Part shown: positions 41,068 to 56,094 of the stretch, in pieces
Position numbering within the stretch: position 1 is the first letter of the stretch
Layout: each line of letters starts with the position of its first letter
Program-made: the position numbers and the translations under genes
Assembly (NCBI GenBank): GCA_964016885.1
Contig: OZ024740.1
Span: 80,848,001 to 80,912,000, forward strand
Direction: 5' to 3'
Source: Eledone cirrhosa
Taxonomy: Eukaryota
Length of the DNA stretch: 64,000 bases
The notes under the pieces: generated by a model
Seen by the model: the letters and a program-made list of their open reading frames with translations, nothing else
What the model was told of the DNA's origin: nothing
Databases searched by the model: none

Positions 41068-43255
41068 ACATACATACAATCAAATAAACATCAAACAAAC
41101 ATACATACATACATGTGATATTCGACAATGAATAGAGGTATTTGTCCACAACAGAAACACTAGTGACTGTAAATAAAAAATACATTGATACCACGCGTGA
41201 AATGCTGGAGGAAGTAATCTAGGAGAATTTTGCAAGAACGCACACCGAGATTCTGTTTGAACTAAAGGCATCTTATGGTGGTTTGCATCTGCAAACAATA
41301 TATAATGTTGCTTGTAAATTTGAAAAAAGTTCATAATTCAAGCGAAAAAGGAAAGACACATCTTTCGTGACTCACAATTTGTAAGTGGAAATCATATTCT
41401 TTCTCTCTTTCTATCTGTCGCTCTTTCACTCAGACGAAACACAGTGAATAATTACTTAAACGCCATAAAAGGATAACAGTAGATCGCAAAATTAAATTAA
41501 TCTAAAGAACATATCAAGCCATATATATACAGAGAAGCAGCAAGATTCAACAGTAAAACCTTTGTAACAATAGACTCACACGTGGTTAATGACATATGTT
41601 CCATCAGTAATTTAACCTACATTTGAACCAGTCTTGAAGCCAGTCAAATGTGAATGTACACATTCATTTATTTGTTTTCGCATCAGTGTTGAACTGTCAA
41701 AACGTATTAATGGCTAAATATAAGATATAAGTTAGTGTTCATAATATGAGTGTAATTTTTCGCACTGTCAACTTCCTGCAGGATAATACTGCGTTCATAT
41801 TAAAAGATGTCTCCTCTTAATAATCAAAGATCAAACCTTCTCTAAAACCTAGTTTAAAAGAATGTTTCAAACTCTAATATTAAGTTCCTAAATATCTTAT
41901 TTGTACTCAAAATGTATTTCAACTGTCAATACAAGCCATGCTTATAGCAATGGGAAAGAAAGGAAGCGTAATTGTTTTGAAAACATTTTGTTTGGTTAGT
42001 CATGCCTGCATCATGTTAGCTATACCTGAGTAGATCCATGTTCAAAGACATTCAATCTATGACCATCTAACCTTTTTTTCTTTTACATATAGTCTATCTA
42101 GTAATACATTATCAAAAGTTTACGTCGTTCTTTTTAAAATGGTGAGAGTAAACTTGTTTGCTATTCCTCCCATGTCTAGCTTCATCAATGATTCGATCCA
42201 GAGAGTAATGTTTCCAGTTTCCAGTAAATGCTGTTTCTTTCTGAAAGGAAATCAATATCCATCTGCGACTACATTATGAATAAAGTAATGAAGTAATTAC
42301 CTGGAACCGAAATTAAACGAAATGCAGAAAATTGTATGCTATTCCATGAATGTCGGACTTCTCTATTTACTCATGCGAAAATTGCAGAATTATCTGAGGA
42401 GAAAATCATATTGTGTATAAGTATAAAGAAAAGCAAACAACTAAAACATATGAGGTTATATTTGAAATATTGGTCAGAAAGAATATACTATTGAATGGAT
42501 AAAACTAGAATGACTACTTTCTCTCTTGTTTTTGTCTTGTAGTCAAAATAACTGCTGATTCAGCTACTTATAGTTATACGATATGTGTGTATTGCATGCA
42601 AAATGAATTTTGCAATTAGACTGTCTTCATATTGCAAAATTCTCAATATATTGCAGATAAAGAACTTCATTCGGCTTACTGAAATTATAGATAAGAAATA
42701 AATTATAAAGCACAATGCTGAATAATTGTATATATTGAAATGCTACTGACGTATGTCTCTTTAGTCATGGTACAATTTAGTTGGATTTATTTTCTCGATA
42801 GTTTGTATTCTATTGTGTCGGTCAGTATTGTGCAGCGCCAGGGGAAATGTCTTTGTATTGTCGGTAATAGGGATGTCTAATAGTGGCGCAAGGGCGCATA
42901 TTTACGGCGGAAGAAGAGATTATTGGATTATATTTATCCTAGTGCTTTACAGGTATTTTATTTTATAGATGAAAGACATAGTTGATCTAGATGGGATTAG
43001 AAATGAGAACGTAAAATGTTGTAACTAAATACTGCAAGGCATTATTTTCATTGCTCTAAAGATTCTGTCCAAATTCATTGCATTAATATAAACAAAGACT
43101 GCATGCACAAATAATAAAAAATAACCGATGTGAACGATGTGACTCGTAGAAAGTGGTTCTGAGATGAAATAGGGTCTAGGATCTTACTGGAACCTAATTA
43201 CCTAATCGATACAGTGAAGCTTCAGCTCAAAGTTAATAAGCCCAATAAGTATACA

Positions 43256-43318
<63 letters not shown>

Positions 43319-43329
43319 ATGCAGAAAGG

Positions 43330-43432
<103 letters not shown>

Positions 43433-43814
43433 TTATTTAGGTTTGTTGGTTCACCACTGGATAGAACTGGTCATTCCATATGATCAACTTCGATGTAATA
43501 TTATGGAGAGCACACAACGTAATGCAACACACCCGTCTTCTTCGTTAGTGTAGTTGGTGGTGCGAGTACGGAGTTAATTATTATAAAATAATAGGAGGCT
43601 GGACTGGTGTAAATCCTTGAAAGGTTTATTATACTATGATCATTTCAATGACCGGATTCAGTATGAATCCAGTGACATCATCAGGTATTCAAAATATAAC
43701 AAAGGAATATAACAGATAAAATCCATGGGGCTGAAAATCAGAAACAAGAGGACAACCAACTATTTAGCAGCTTCTACCTATATTTAATTGGACATGCACC
43801 CCCCCCCCCCACTC

Positions 43815-43885
43815 ACATACATACATACATACATACATACATACATACATACATACATACATACATACATACATACATACATACA
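43815..43885. repeat. (TACA)n microsatellite at the 5' flank of the RLE retroposon
   Basis: Direct reading. Confidence 0.95.
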
Positions 43886-46800
43886 TGATACATACATAAT
43901 CAGTCAACGCGATCAGTCGCATATTTTGGCGTGGGAGACTATTTATTAAATTTAAGATGAATACAATCTCCGACAGTAATGCCACAAGTATATGGCCAGG
44001 TTGAATACCTGGTTATTCTTCTAACTATCTCTTCTGAAGACAACTTTTATTCGAATTCGTAGAGATATCCGACTAAATACATGAATTCATTTTACAAGGG
44101 TTTGCTACAAACAGCATGGCTGAACACAACATCAACAAGAAAATTAAGGAAGTATCGAAGATAAATAACAAAGAAGGTAATCAAACTTTATTCAGCTGTA
44201 GCTACAGAAGAAACCGAAATTATAAATCGCATTTCTCTTGGAGTTGCGAACTTAATAATGATTTATTTAATTGTTATAAAATGGCAAAAAACAATCCCTC
44301 CATTGGCTATATGAATAGAATGAAGCTATACCGGGAAGAAATGCACCCAGAGCTAAATTATTTCACAGCAAAACAATTACGCCAACAAGCGACGTTTGTT
44401 GAACGTAAAAATAAGATAAATATTATTAATTGTAAGTCCCCCACAACAAACATGGAATCAACAACACGTGCTACAGATCGCCATGCTACTAGACTTCCTA
44501 GCAGCCAGGTTGAACAGCGCCTTGAAACAACTATGCCTGTACCATCTAAGTCTACCTCGAATGCTGGGGAAAACACTATCGATAATAATAATGATCGGAG
44601 AAATAATAATAATAATCGAATAAATGTGACACCACGTATACCATCTGAGTCTACCTCGACTGCTGTGGAAAATACTATCGATAATGATAATCAAAAGTAT
44701 AAACAATTGAAAATTTCCCTCAACTAAATCTTCCAGAGAGAAATTAACTCATGTATAAATATCTCTCTGGCTGAACGTGTTAAAATGACAATGGTGAATA
44801 AAAAACCAAATAATGAAATACTATGTGTTATTGACGAAATAGGGGATGAATATTTACGACGGATAAAAACCCCAACATTTTGGCAAATCAACGCCTGTTT
44901 ATATGCCTTAGCAATGAGAGTGAAGCATTATCTTGGTGATTTCAGAGATATTAACAAGAACAAAACACCACCAAAAATACCATCATATATAACTAAAATA
45001 GAAAAAAAAAGTGCTGACCTACGAAAAAACATAGGGCATGTGATAATGCTCCTTACATGCAAACAAACACAAAAAAACCTCACTCCTCACCAACAAAGAG
45101 TGAAAAATAAAATAGAGACGATGTTTGGTAACAGTAGAACCAGAACTCTCCAATATAAGCTGATCACCCTCAAACAAGAATTCAGAGCTGTTAGCGAAAA
45201 ACGCCGATACCTGAAGAAGGTAGATGAGAGAAAAATGCTTAATAAAAGATTCAGACGAAACCAAACATCAGTCTATAAAAATATGAAGGGCAAAATAATA
45301 AGTGTCACTGAGGCCCCATCCTAGAAAGACATAGATTCCTTTTGGAGAAAAATATGGGTTGAAAGAAGAATTTCAACCAAGATGCAGTGTGGCTAAGAGA
45401 AATCCGAAAGAACTATTGCTCCTACACTACAACAAAAACATACGAAATAAGTGAAGGTACCCTTGAGACTGTGATAGGAAAACTCTAAGATAAGAAAACA
45501 CCAGGAAGAGACATGATTGTCGGCTACTGGTACAAAAAAATAATATTCTATCGGAGGTATCTTACTGACCTTTACCAACAAGTTCTTAAGGGAGATACAC
45601 TTATACCAGAATGGTTGACATTAGCACAAACGTTAGTGGTCCCCAAGAACAAAGACACCCACTTGGCAAAAAACTACCGACCCATTGCATGCCAGAACCT
45701 AATGTATAAGATGTATACAGCCTGCCTGAACCTATTCCTCCAAGATCACTGTGAAAATAATAACATCATCACAGATAAACAAGCAGCTGGAAAGAAAAGG
45801 GTTTGGGGATGTGCTGAACAACTCCTAATCAACAAAACTGCGATGTCGGAGGTGCGACAACTTAGGAGGAATATGACTACAGTCTGGCTGGACTACAAGA
45901 AAGCTTTCGATTCTGTTCCCCACTCTTGGATGATAGAGGCCCTCCAACTTGCTAAAGTCCCAGACATTATTGTCAGAGCCATAGAGAGGCTGTCCTCTTC
46001 TTGGGCTACTATCCTAAAGTTAAAGACAGAGAGGGAGAACTCTATTTTCACTGATAAAATAAAATATTGCAGGGGTATATTTCAGGGGGACAGTCTCTCT
46101 GTGATATTGATCATCTTGTCATTAAACCCCTTGTCCTTTCTGCTACAGAAATGTTAGGGATACATCATTGGTTCACAGTAGGACAGAAATACGAACCTAA
46201 CCCATAACTTCTTTGTGGACAATCTGAAACTCTATGCCAAGAACATGGATGGGATGAAGAAAAATCTGGACCTGGTTACAACGTTCTCAAAGGATATAGG
46301 AATGGAGTTTGACCAAGATAAATGCTCATACATGACTGTAAAGCGGGGAAAAACAACAACCCAATCTAGCAACATTGTCATCAATGGTCTAACTGTTTCA
46401 CCGATATGAGGACTGCTACAGATACCTGGGGATAGATGAGAACATATCCTATGATGAGGACTGCTACAGATACCTGGGGATAGATGAGAACATATCCTAT
46501 GATGAGGACTGCTACAGATACCTGGGGATAGATGAGAACATATCCTATAATGGCATCTGTAATAAAGAACGCGTAACCAGGGAATACTACACCCGATTAA
46601 GAAAGATCTGGTCATCGGAACTCTCTACGCAAAATAAAACAGTGGCTCACAATGTGTTTGCTGTGCTTGTCCTAACACCAACGTTTGGAATACTCAATTG
46701 GACGATAGACGAAATCCGAGCAGTTGATGTTGGAACTCGAAAAATACTGAACAACACCGGAAACTCCACATCAACAGTGACATAGACCGCCTTTACTTGA

Positions 46801-48108
46801 AACGTAAACAGGGAGACAGAGGCCTAACATCAGTCCAGACAGCATTTGAATGTCGCATCATATCTCTTTGACAACATCTACGAACCTCGAAGCGTAGGAG
46901 CCCGCTTCTCGAGCAAGTCTATCAGCATGAAACAGATAAGATCATGAGAGTTTGGAAGGAACTCCTTTAAAGATATTCCCTGTGTGATAATCAAATACTC
47001 ACACCCAGGGATGTCGCTCAGCAGTATCGCAGTGAATCCATGGATGAAAAACTGCATGCCTATCAGCAAAAAATCATCCATGGATATGTTGCCAGGAAGC
47101 TCCAGAGTGAGAGTAATATAGATAAGGAAAGTAGTCTATCTTGGACCAACAACCGCTATATTGGCTCCCACTTTGACGGATACGCTTTTGCAATCCAAGA
47201 ACAGGAGATTAGCACGAAATACCTGATTCACAAAAGAGATAGGGATGCAGGCAAACACCTAGATGTGATAACATGTGCAGACTCTGCAGAACTAACATCG
47301 AGGATATCACCCATGTCATCAGCAGCTGCCCAAAGATGTCATCGCGGTACTATCTACCTATGAGGCATGATGTAGTGGCCAAAACACTGTACAATGCAGT
47401 TCGTAAAAAGGATAGCCCCGATGATAAACACATTAAAAGCTACAACAATGTGGAAGACATCCATGTACATAATATGAAAGAGTACTGGTGGAATGTTCCA
47501 GTAAAAACCCCAATAAAATGCAGGCGTAGCAGACCAGATATTATGATATGGGACAGGGAGAAGAAAACATGCACAGTATTGGAAATTAGCTGCCCAGCAG
47601 ATGCCAATATAATATCAAAGATTAGTGTAAAGGAGAATATTTATGCAGAACTGATGAGAAATCTGCAGATAATCCAACCTGATTACACCTTCAGATTTAT
47701 GCCTGTGATTATTGGGGTACTGGGATATGTTAGTAACTGCCTCAATACAAATCTTGAGAATATAGGCTTCACAGGAACAGAGAGAACACAACTAGTTAGG
47801 AAATTACAAGTACAATCCATTAATGGAACAGTAAAAATATGTAAAAGATTCCAAAGATTTTGCATCTAATAACTGCATATACACATGTACAGATACAAAG
47901 CATATACACATGCACACATACAACTCAAAACATACACATCCACACATACAATAACATCCATATCTACACATGCATGCATGCAGACATACATACATATCTA
48001 CCTAGTTGATGTTGTGTAAATTCCAATGAGAGAGCCTTGTGTCTATGTTAGAAACCGACTCTCTCTCTATTGGTAAAACTTTGTGAAATTATAAAACCAG
48101 AAGAACAG
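43886..48108 (+). mobile_element. R4/Dong-type non-LTR retroposon (RT + CCHC + restriction-like endonuclease), decayed
   Basis: NYRPIAC, WLDYKKAFDSVPHSW, GIFQGDSLS, FFVDN, YRYLGI, CRLC..HVISSC, RHD, RPDIM..LEISCP. Many stops and frameshifts. Confidence 0.88.
46406..46549 (+). repeat. 48-bp tandem triplication inside the RT
   Basis: atgaggactgctacagatacctggggatagatgagaacatatcctat(g/a) x3. Confidence 0.95.
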
Positions 48109-48119
48109 ACATACATCAT

Positions 48120-49170
48120 AGATTGAGTTATAAACTCAAAATAGTCTTTTACAATTAAATAGCTCAAAGAAGGGAATCTTTCCGAGCCGTGTAATAATAA
48201 TTGGATATATGAGAGGGATGAACAACGACTTATTAAGGGAAGTTTTCACGTTTCTCTGCTCCTCAGTAGTTGTTGAGAAAATTAGTGATCCTTTCACTTC
48301 TAAAAATATTAGAGAATGAATTGTGTACGATATGAATTATCGCACGTGTCAATCGGAACCCACCTTGTCTCGGTGAAAACTTCACTTAATAAGTCGTGGC
48401 GAAACAGTCTCCAACAGTGTCTAGTTGTTAGCAGGCATTTTTGCCCAATATAGGTCTGCTATTTTTCTTAATTTTTCTTAATTTAATATTTAAAGTTAAG
48501 GATAACATTCTATATTGCTGTAGTTAGTATTTTTTCAACCCAGCAAATTTTAGTCCTTACGATTCGAACACATGTATGTTCATATTAGTGTTCATCTCTC
48601 TTGTTTATTCAATTATATTGTACGGCTCGGAAAAGCTTTTTTCTTAGAGCTATTTAATTGTAAGGGACTACCCTGAGTTCTTAACTCAATATATATTTGT
48701 TGGTTCCATCATGTAGAGCTAATTTTTATTGTCCTGTCAGCCAGGCTGCTATCTTTAGCGGCAGGGAATTTCGAGACAAAGCTGGGTTCCGATTGACACG
48801 TGCTATAATTCATATCGTACACAATTCATTCTCTAATATTTTTAGAAGTGAAAGGATCACTAATTTTCTCAACAACTACTGAGGAGTAGAGAAACGTGAA
48901 AAACTTCACTTAATAAGTCGTTGCGAAACAGTCTCCAACAGTGTCTACTTGTTACCAGGAATTTTTGCCCAATATAGGTCTGTTATTTTTCTTTATTTTT
49001 CTTAATTTAATATTTAAAGTTAAGGATAACATTCTATATTGCTGTAGTTAGTATTTTTTCAACCCAGCAAATTTTAGTCCTTACGATTCGAACACATGTA
49101 TGTTTATATTAGTGTTCATCTCTCTTGTTTATTCAATTATATTGTACGGCTCGAAACAGAGTTCTTAATT

Positions 49171-49172
<2 letters not shown>
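48120..49172. mobile_element. Non-coding pLTR array: inverted pieces plus two direct copies
   Basis: 48373-48692 is repeated at 48896-49172. 48120-48372 is inverted, rearranged sequence of the same unit. Confidence 0.82.
48871..48953 (+). ncRNA. Type I hammerhead
   Basis: aacaacta-CTGAGGA-gtag..ttgc-GAAA-ca..tg-TC-tacttgtt. The sister copy has the perfect partner strand tagttgtt at 48422. Confidence 0.82.
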
Positions 49173-49257
<85 letters not shown>

Positions 49258-49529
49258 AGCATATCCATAAATATATACGTATAAAGGTGTCCACAAGTTA
49301 CAATTTCTGCTTAATGAATGAATTCGCTGAATATTCACTTTTGGACACATCAGTGCTAGCAGTCATTTGAGAGTTCTCTTCGTATGAGAAGGTTCCCTGA
49401 AAAGGCGCATATTTTCCCAGCCTGACATGCTAAATTATTAGATTACCTAGGTTGCTCTTTTCGGTGAAACTGCAGTCGGCAGCAAGAAGTATTTGCGGTA
49501 ATATTTCTATTTTTTTAAAGTGTGTGTGT

Positions 49530-49650
<121 letters not shown>

Positions 49651-52600
49651 TGCGTGCATGTGTGTGTTGCTGCTCTGTTTTCTTCAAAGCATCATATAAT
49701 TAGTAACTGAGTTGCCAGCACATAAATACATATATATACATCTGTTTGGTGATGTACGTTTCCGATTGTATATGAGGATTTTATTTCATTGAACGTTTCT
49801 CCATTATCTTAGATTGCAATTACATCAGTGTAGGTTCAATTCTTCCCTCTGCGGTTGATGTAGTGCAGAAAAGAACAAATATTACAATCTGAACGAGGGG
49901 CGCATCAAAGAGTGTTTTGTTTGTTAGCTTTGTTAGTTAGAAGCCTATGTTGTTCAGTTACAAATCTCTGTAGATTAAAATCTGCAGATAAATCCTGGTA
50001 AAATGTTCATGAAGTTCGTTTCATATATCATCACGCTGCGCGTGATCTTCACTGAGTAGCATTTGTGATAAACTTATGTCCTGGCAACCCGTATGAGGGT
50101 TGATTTAGGAGAAGTCAATTGGTGTTCTCTTCTCTGTAATACAGAAAGTCAGCTCTGTGTCACACTGTATCACTCTGATGAGTTAGAGTATATTTGGTCA
50201 CCTGCATTGCAATTTAACTTAGATATCAAACCATTCATGAAACATTTAGAACATTGAAGTTCATTTACTTTTAGACAGGAAAATGTAAGCAGGAATAAGA
50301 TACTGTGCATGTATGTCTTTTATAATGTTTAGTGCACGATTTTAGATATATAATATGAAGGGTGAGATTAGATTATATGGATCTGTTTCGAAACTTGGTT
50401 AATAGAGGGAAATGCAGCTAAAAGCGAGTATTTACAATATTGTGCTGCGGTAAATAACATAGAGACATTCTACAATGTAGCCCTGGCTGTAAGATTGTAG
50501 GCAATATATATTTGATACGCAAGTACGTATCGTCAATTTGGTTATATACTTGTAGTAGCATTAGTAGCAACAAGAGCGAAAACATCAACAGAAGCATCGG
50601 CAATATTAACAAAATCAGCATTGTTATTCTAGTTATGTAATGTTTACATACTTGCATACTCTAACGCTGTAGATAGTCAATAAATATAATTTATTACATA
50701 ATAAATGTCATCATTTATTACATGATAGATGTCATCATTGTCTACATCATTAATGTCATCATATATTACAATAGCTTTCACCATATGATGTAATTTCAGA
50801 CCCATCACCGGAGAATAAATATTCCTTTGATTCTCTCATCATAACATTATAGCTGATGATGTTAGTGTTAGCCCCTGGTCAGATGTGATAAATCTGTCAG
50901 TCCATGATCATCACAAGTGTTCTCTCTGAGACCATACCTTCATTGTCAATGATATTATTTAATATATTCTAATTTCCTTTTAAAGATTGTAAAATGTGAC
51001 TTGAGAGAGATTTTACTCTTATTTAAAGCAGATTAAGCCAAAATGTAGTGCTCCCCACATTGAGCTATCTTAGTAACGATATATTCTTTTCTTGGACATC
51101 CATTTATATATTTATCAGTTGTTTGTCACAGCATGTACGATAATAGGCAACGCCACAATGGAAAATCCCCTTTTCCTGTTACGTTAAATCCAACCACAAT
51201 GCTAAAGTGCAAAACATTACGGTCTTGTAATAAAACAAGTCAAAGTCTTTCTCGGTTCAGAGCTTAAACTGAGTTTATGAGTCATTAAGTGACTGAGTAC
51301 ACAAATACCATTTGAAGGGAACGCCTGTCTGCCGTAAAAAGCCTCTCATTGTATATTGTTTCTGGAAAATGAAATTAAAAAAAGCAATTATTAAACAGGA
51401 AGATTTTCCCCGCGTTTCTCCGCTGTTAGAGTCCAGAATTCCCTACTGTAGAATGGAACTGTTAAAATATATATTCGAAAGGATGCATACTAATAGTAAA
51501 GAGGAAAACACTTTTCCAAAGAAAGTCAAAGCTGCTCGTCGTTAATTATTTCATCTAGCAGCTTTCTTAAAAACATGCCTACTGTTTGACATGTTGCATG
51601 GACTACTATATTTGTGATATTTTGAAGTTGTGATATTTGGAACAATATATATGATTGTGAAGATCAGTTTACCAACAAATATTACTTTGAATTTTAATCC
51701 ATTGATATTAGTGTCAGTTCTGTTGATGTAGTTTCAAAATTTGTCAGTTGACATTTTGCTGCCGTAGAATTTTCACATAATATAACCGTGCGAATTGTAG
51801 GTCAATCTACGGAACGTATAAGAAAATCTATTAGATAATGCATAAATTAATCCATAATAAAATAGATAAAGAAGTAAGGAAAAAGTGTGTTTCTGTGGTG
51901 CATACAGGATATTTGTAAATGTCGCCAGAACGTCGCTATCGGTATTAGTATTTAAACTTTTATCAGCTTACAAAACGAACGTGAAGAATTATAGATACAC
52001 ATTTTAACTTGTTGCTATGTATACACAATGGTTATTACAATATAATTGTTTTCTCAATTGATAGATGAGAATGTGAATTGTTAATGACAGTGTTTGTTTT
52101 AGCCAGAAACCAATTAAATAATTTACGAGTAATTATCAAAACTTTACATTTGTCTTCAAATTACCCTTACATTAACAGTTTTTATACCAGTGAGTTAGTT
52201 ACAATACCTATTCATTATATAGCTGCTGTGTTTGTCTCTTTGTCTTCTCTGAACTTAAAGGCCAATGGACCAATGATGTTCAAACTTGGCATAATAATTC
52301 CTTACACGCAGGGATTTGGTTTCCTTACATTGGACCTATATTAATTTGTTTATAAGTGTTTTTATCTGTTTGTCAATCTGTGGTAATGGTGGTCGTCGTC
52401 AGCTATCGTCTTCACTAGGTGGAATGTGAGGAAAATAGAGAAAACTAAGAAGTGAGAATCTGAGAGCAAGTCAACACACGTGATATGAAATACATCGTTG
52501 AAAGCCAAAGATGGAACTATGCAAATAAGTTTACAATGCATGAATGAGTAGACAAAGAGACAGAGATAAAGAAAGCGAAGGGAGTGACCGATACACGTTC

Positions 52601-52922
52601 AACATACCAGGTGACATGCAAACAACATATACGCGCTCGCACTGAACGTCCCCTTCTCTATCCTGCATGAAAAGAGTTACGACTAAAACTTGTGAGGGAG
52701 ATAATTAGTATTTAACGTTATGGGTGTTACATATGTTTTCTTACAAGATTACCAATTCAGAACTATACATTTTATACATATGTTCACTTACTCACGTAGA
52801 GATAGATATAATAAAACATGAATGTACGCACACATACCGATATGTACACATATACACACACGTACATACACACCCTACGTCATACACACACACACACACA
52901 CACGTACATACACACCCTACGT

Positions 52923-52974
<52 letters not shown>

Positions 52975-52975
<1 letters not shown>

Positions 52976-53143
52976 TGTTATATTTGGGTGAGTATCATAA
53001 TGTCATAATATTACTAGAAATAATAATAGAACAAATTCACTGTTTGGTTTGGGTTGGTTTTCACTTCTGAATCTTTTATATCCTTATAGTTAATTTATCT
53101 GGCAATCAATGTCTATCATTGATTGACCAACAGTTAAAAATAC

Positions 53144-53189
<46 letters not shown>

Positions 53190-53215
53190 TCTATCAAAGT
53201 TCCTTCGTCACAGAT
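52975..53215 (-). mobile_element. Solo pLTR, family of 35007-35425
   Basis: Reverse-complement similarity (gtgacgaaggaactttgatagac..cccaaatataacaata). Confidence 0.7.
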
Positions 53216-53392
53216 CTTGAAACATTTTTTAAAGTATTAATTTCGCAATAATCAAATCGAATAAAAAAAAGAACACGTATTTCAATGGCCTAGTTTCATC
53301 ATCCGATCATGATTCAACGCTGAGTCGAACTTTTGATAGGTTAAACTCGTTAGCCAATGGTGCTAGAGACAGTTATATATATATATATATAT

Positions 53393-54580
53393 GTCCAAGC
53401 CATACGCAGGGGAAATCCGAGGTGTGGCTTATGTATTGACGAACGAATAACTATTCTAAAGAGATTACGCAATAGTGATTGCCTAAACATGAGCAGTGAA
53501 TTTTTCACACGTTGTCCACACGTCACTAAACACCTATTGAATATCTACAAGGCTCCGAACTGATTCTTTGTCATTTTATTTTCAACCTCGTGCAGTCTGC
53601 GACTAACCCAGGTTCTGCTGCAAGTAGGTCTGAGTAATTAACTGGTTATTAACTGGTTTACTAATTAACTGGTTTACTAATATTAGAAATAAATCATCTA
53701 CTTCATTTCTACAATTTGATATAGATGCTTATTATTCCTCTATATCGCCCATACTCCTGAACAAAGCCTTGATATTTGCAAAAAATAGATCAGACTTAAC
53801 TATGGATGACATTAATATTATCACGCACGCTAGACAAACACTACTGGAATTTCAGAACGAATACTGGACCACAAATACATATAGTAATCTCTTCGACATA
53901 GCTATGGGCTCTAGTGATTGCGCCCACATTACCGATCTTGTGGGTCTCTTTCTTCGATTTAACATTAATTCATCTTTTCCCCACCTTAAAGGTGATTTAT
54001 ATCGTGATGCCTGTCTTCTTCTTTCCACTAATCTTAGCCTATCAGAAACTGAAAGAAATAAAAAACTTATTAGAACTTTCATCAAAACCTATTACAATCT
54101 CACTATTATATTTGAAAACACCAGTAAAATAGTCAATTTCCTAGATATAACTTTAGACCTATCTACGGGTATCTACCGACCTTACCATAAACCTAACAAA
54201 AACTTACATTACATACACTCACAATCCAATCACCCTAGATCTATCCTTAAAAACCTAGCATATAACATCTCACTCAGAATCTCTAACCTTTCATTTAAAC
54301 AGGATGTATTCGATAAAAACGCGCCCTTTTTATAATGAAGCTTTAGCTAGAAGCTGCCACAAAAACAAATTAGTCTACATATGACAGTTCATCGCCAACA
54401 ATTACAAGATCCAACCACGAGACAGATACCACTAAGTGCACATCTAAACATATGCGCAAGTAATAAGACACCCAAATTCCAAGTCTTCCCATTTTATCTT
54501 TGCGCTGACAATAAACAGGACAAATACGAATAAATAAGGAAAATATGTATATTCAAAAATATAGACCAGAATTAAATATG
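53393..54580 (+). mobile_element. Mosaic of PLE fragments (GIY-YIG end, RT core, second GIY-YIG end)
   Basis: CGLCIDERITIL; QFDIDAYYSSI..FDIAMGS..LYRDA..NFLDITLDL..YHKPN..SNHP; RINKENMYIQKYRPELN. Confidence 0.8.
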
Positions 54581-55405
54581 GTTTAATATACATTATGTCA
54601 AAACCATAACATGCTAACCATCCAAACAGACACATACACACATAACACCTTCTACTTTAGAAAATAAAAACCCGAACTAAATAAACCTTAACATACGTTT
54701 GCGCTGAAAATACAACAGAACAAATACGAATAAATAACGAAAACATGTTCATTCAAAAACATTTCTACTAACGTCACCCTCCTCACCAAGAAACCTTGGC
54801 GGGGTTGCCAGTTTAGTCGCCAACCACCCGACCATGAGACAGGTTGTAATGGGATACATGTTACCAGTAGCAACAACTGGTGACCTGACATAAAACATAT
54901 ATATATATATGTATATACACATATACATATATATATACATACGTATATATACATGTATATATGTACACACAAACAACCAAGCCCCTACCCCATAGTAGGT
55001 GCACGTACACACACACAACACACACACTGGCTCATATACATTCAAACAAATACGCGCCCAATTACCTCCGCGGCCACGTACATCTACAAAGATACATACA
55101 CGCATACATATATCTGTCCCTACTCAAATATGATATACCTACAGTCATATAAATCTGCACTACGGGTCGTAAATGGTCATCCATGTAATCTTGTCATACA
55201 CATGCAGGAATATAAACAATGTAACCACATACATACATCCATACACATACATGCATGTATATATATATCTACGCATATATATACATACAGACATATATAT
55301 ACATACGCATACACACACTTATACATACACAGATACACACACACACAAACACACATACCCGCATATATATATATATACAAATATATATATTTAATATATA
55401 TATAC

Positions 55406-55441
<36 letters not shown>

Positions 55442-55484
55442 TAATTCAAAATATTAACAAAATAGATATTCTTGTGATCAATTA

Positions 55485-55554
55485 TATTTTATTATACATA
55501 TTTCAGAAGAGATACTGAGTTAAGTTCAACAGTACGTCCTCATCAGATAAAATA
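55485..55554 (-). ncRNA. Hammerhead in a palindromic pLTR element (55441-55835)
   Basis: tattttat-CTGATGA-gga..gtactg/cagtat..tct-GAAA-tatgta-TA-ataaaata. 8-bp stem I. Confidence 0.75.
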
Positions 55555-55957
55555 AGATGATGGATGATATACCCTGACATAGTAGATGGTTAAGATTCAC
55601 TCATGGTCGTGATTAACTTATGACAAGTCTCAATATTTATACCCTAATCTTATTTTATCTATGAGAATGTACCTCTGAAAATTGTATAATAAAATATAAT
55701 TGATCACAAGATTATCTATTTTGTTAATATTTTGAATTAATATTAATAACTCTGGAAAATCTTTTTCAGTTGAGTGCTCCAATCTATTGTAAAACTCATT
55801 CTTTGATATATTCATTGAACCTTGTTTAAATTTAAATATATATATATATAAATATATATATATGTATATATATATAAACATATACATTATACACATATGT
55901 ATATGTGTGTGTGTGAATATATGTTTGTGTTGTTCACTTTCTAATTAAATATATATA

Positions 55958-56094
<137 letters not shown>

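Noticed and set aside
43920-44075. Possible 5' ribozyme (HDV-like or hammerhead) of the R4/Dong element
   Set aside because: Only local hairpins and an isolated CTGAAGA are present. I could not build a convincing fold by eye.
49700-52700. Unique-looking AT-rich stretches (also 41100-43200) as possible host exons
   Set aside because: No ORF with recognisable protein features and no convincing splice structure. Short exons cannot be excluded without RNA data.
53283-53358. Minus-strand CTAACGA..GAAA-ctag-GC
   Set aside because: There are several core mismatches and a poor stem I.
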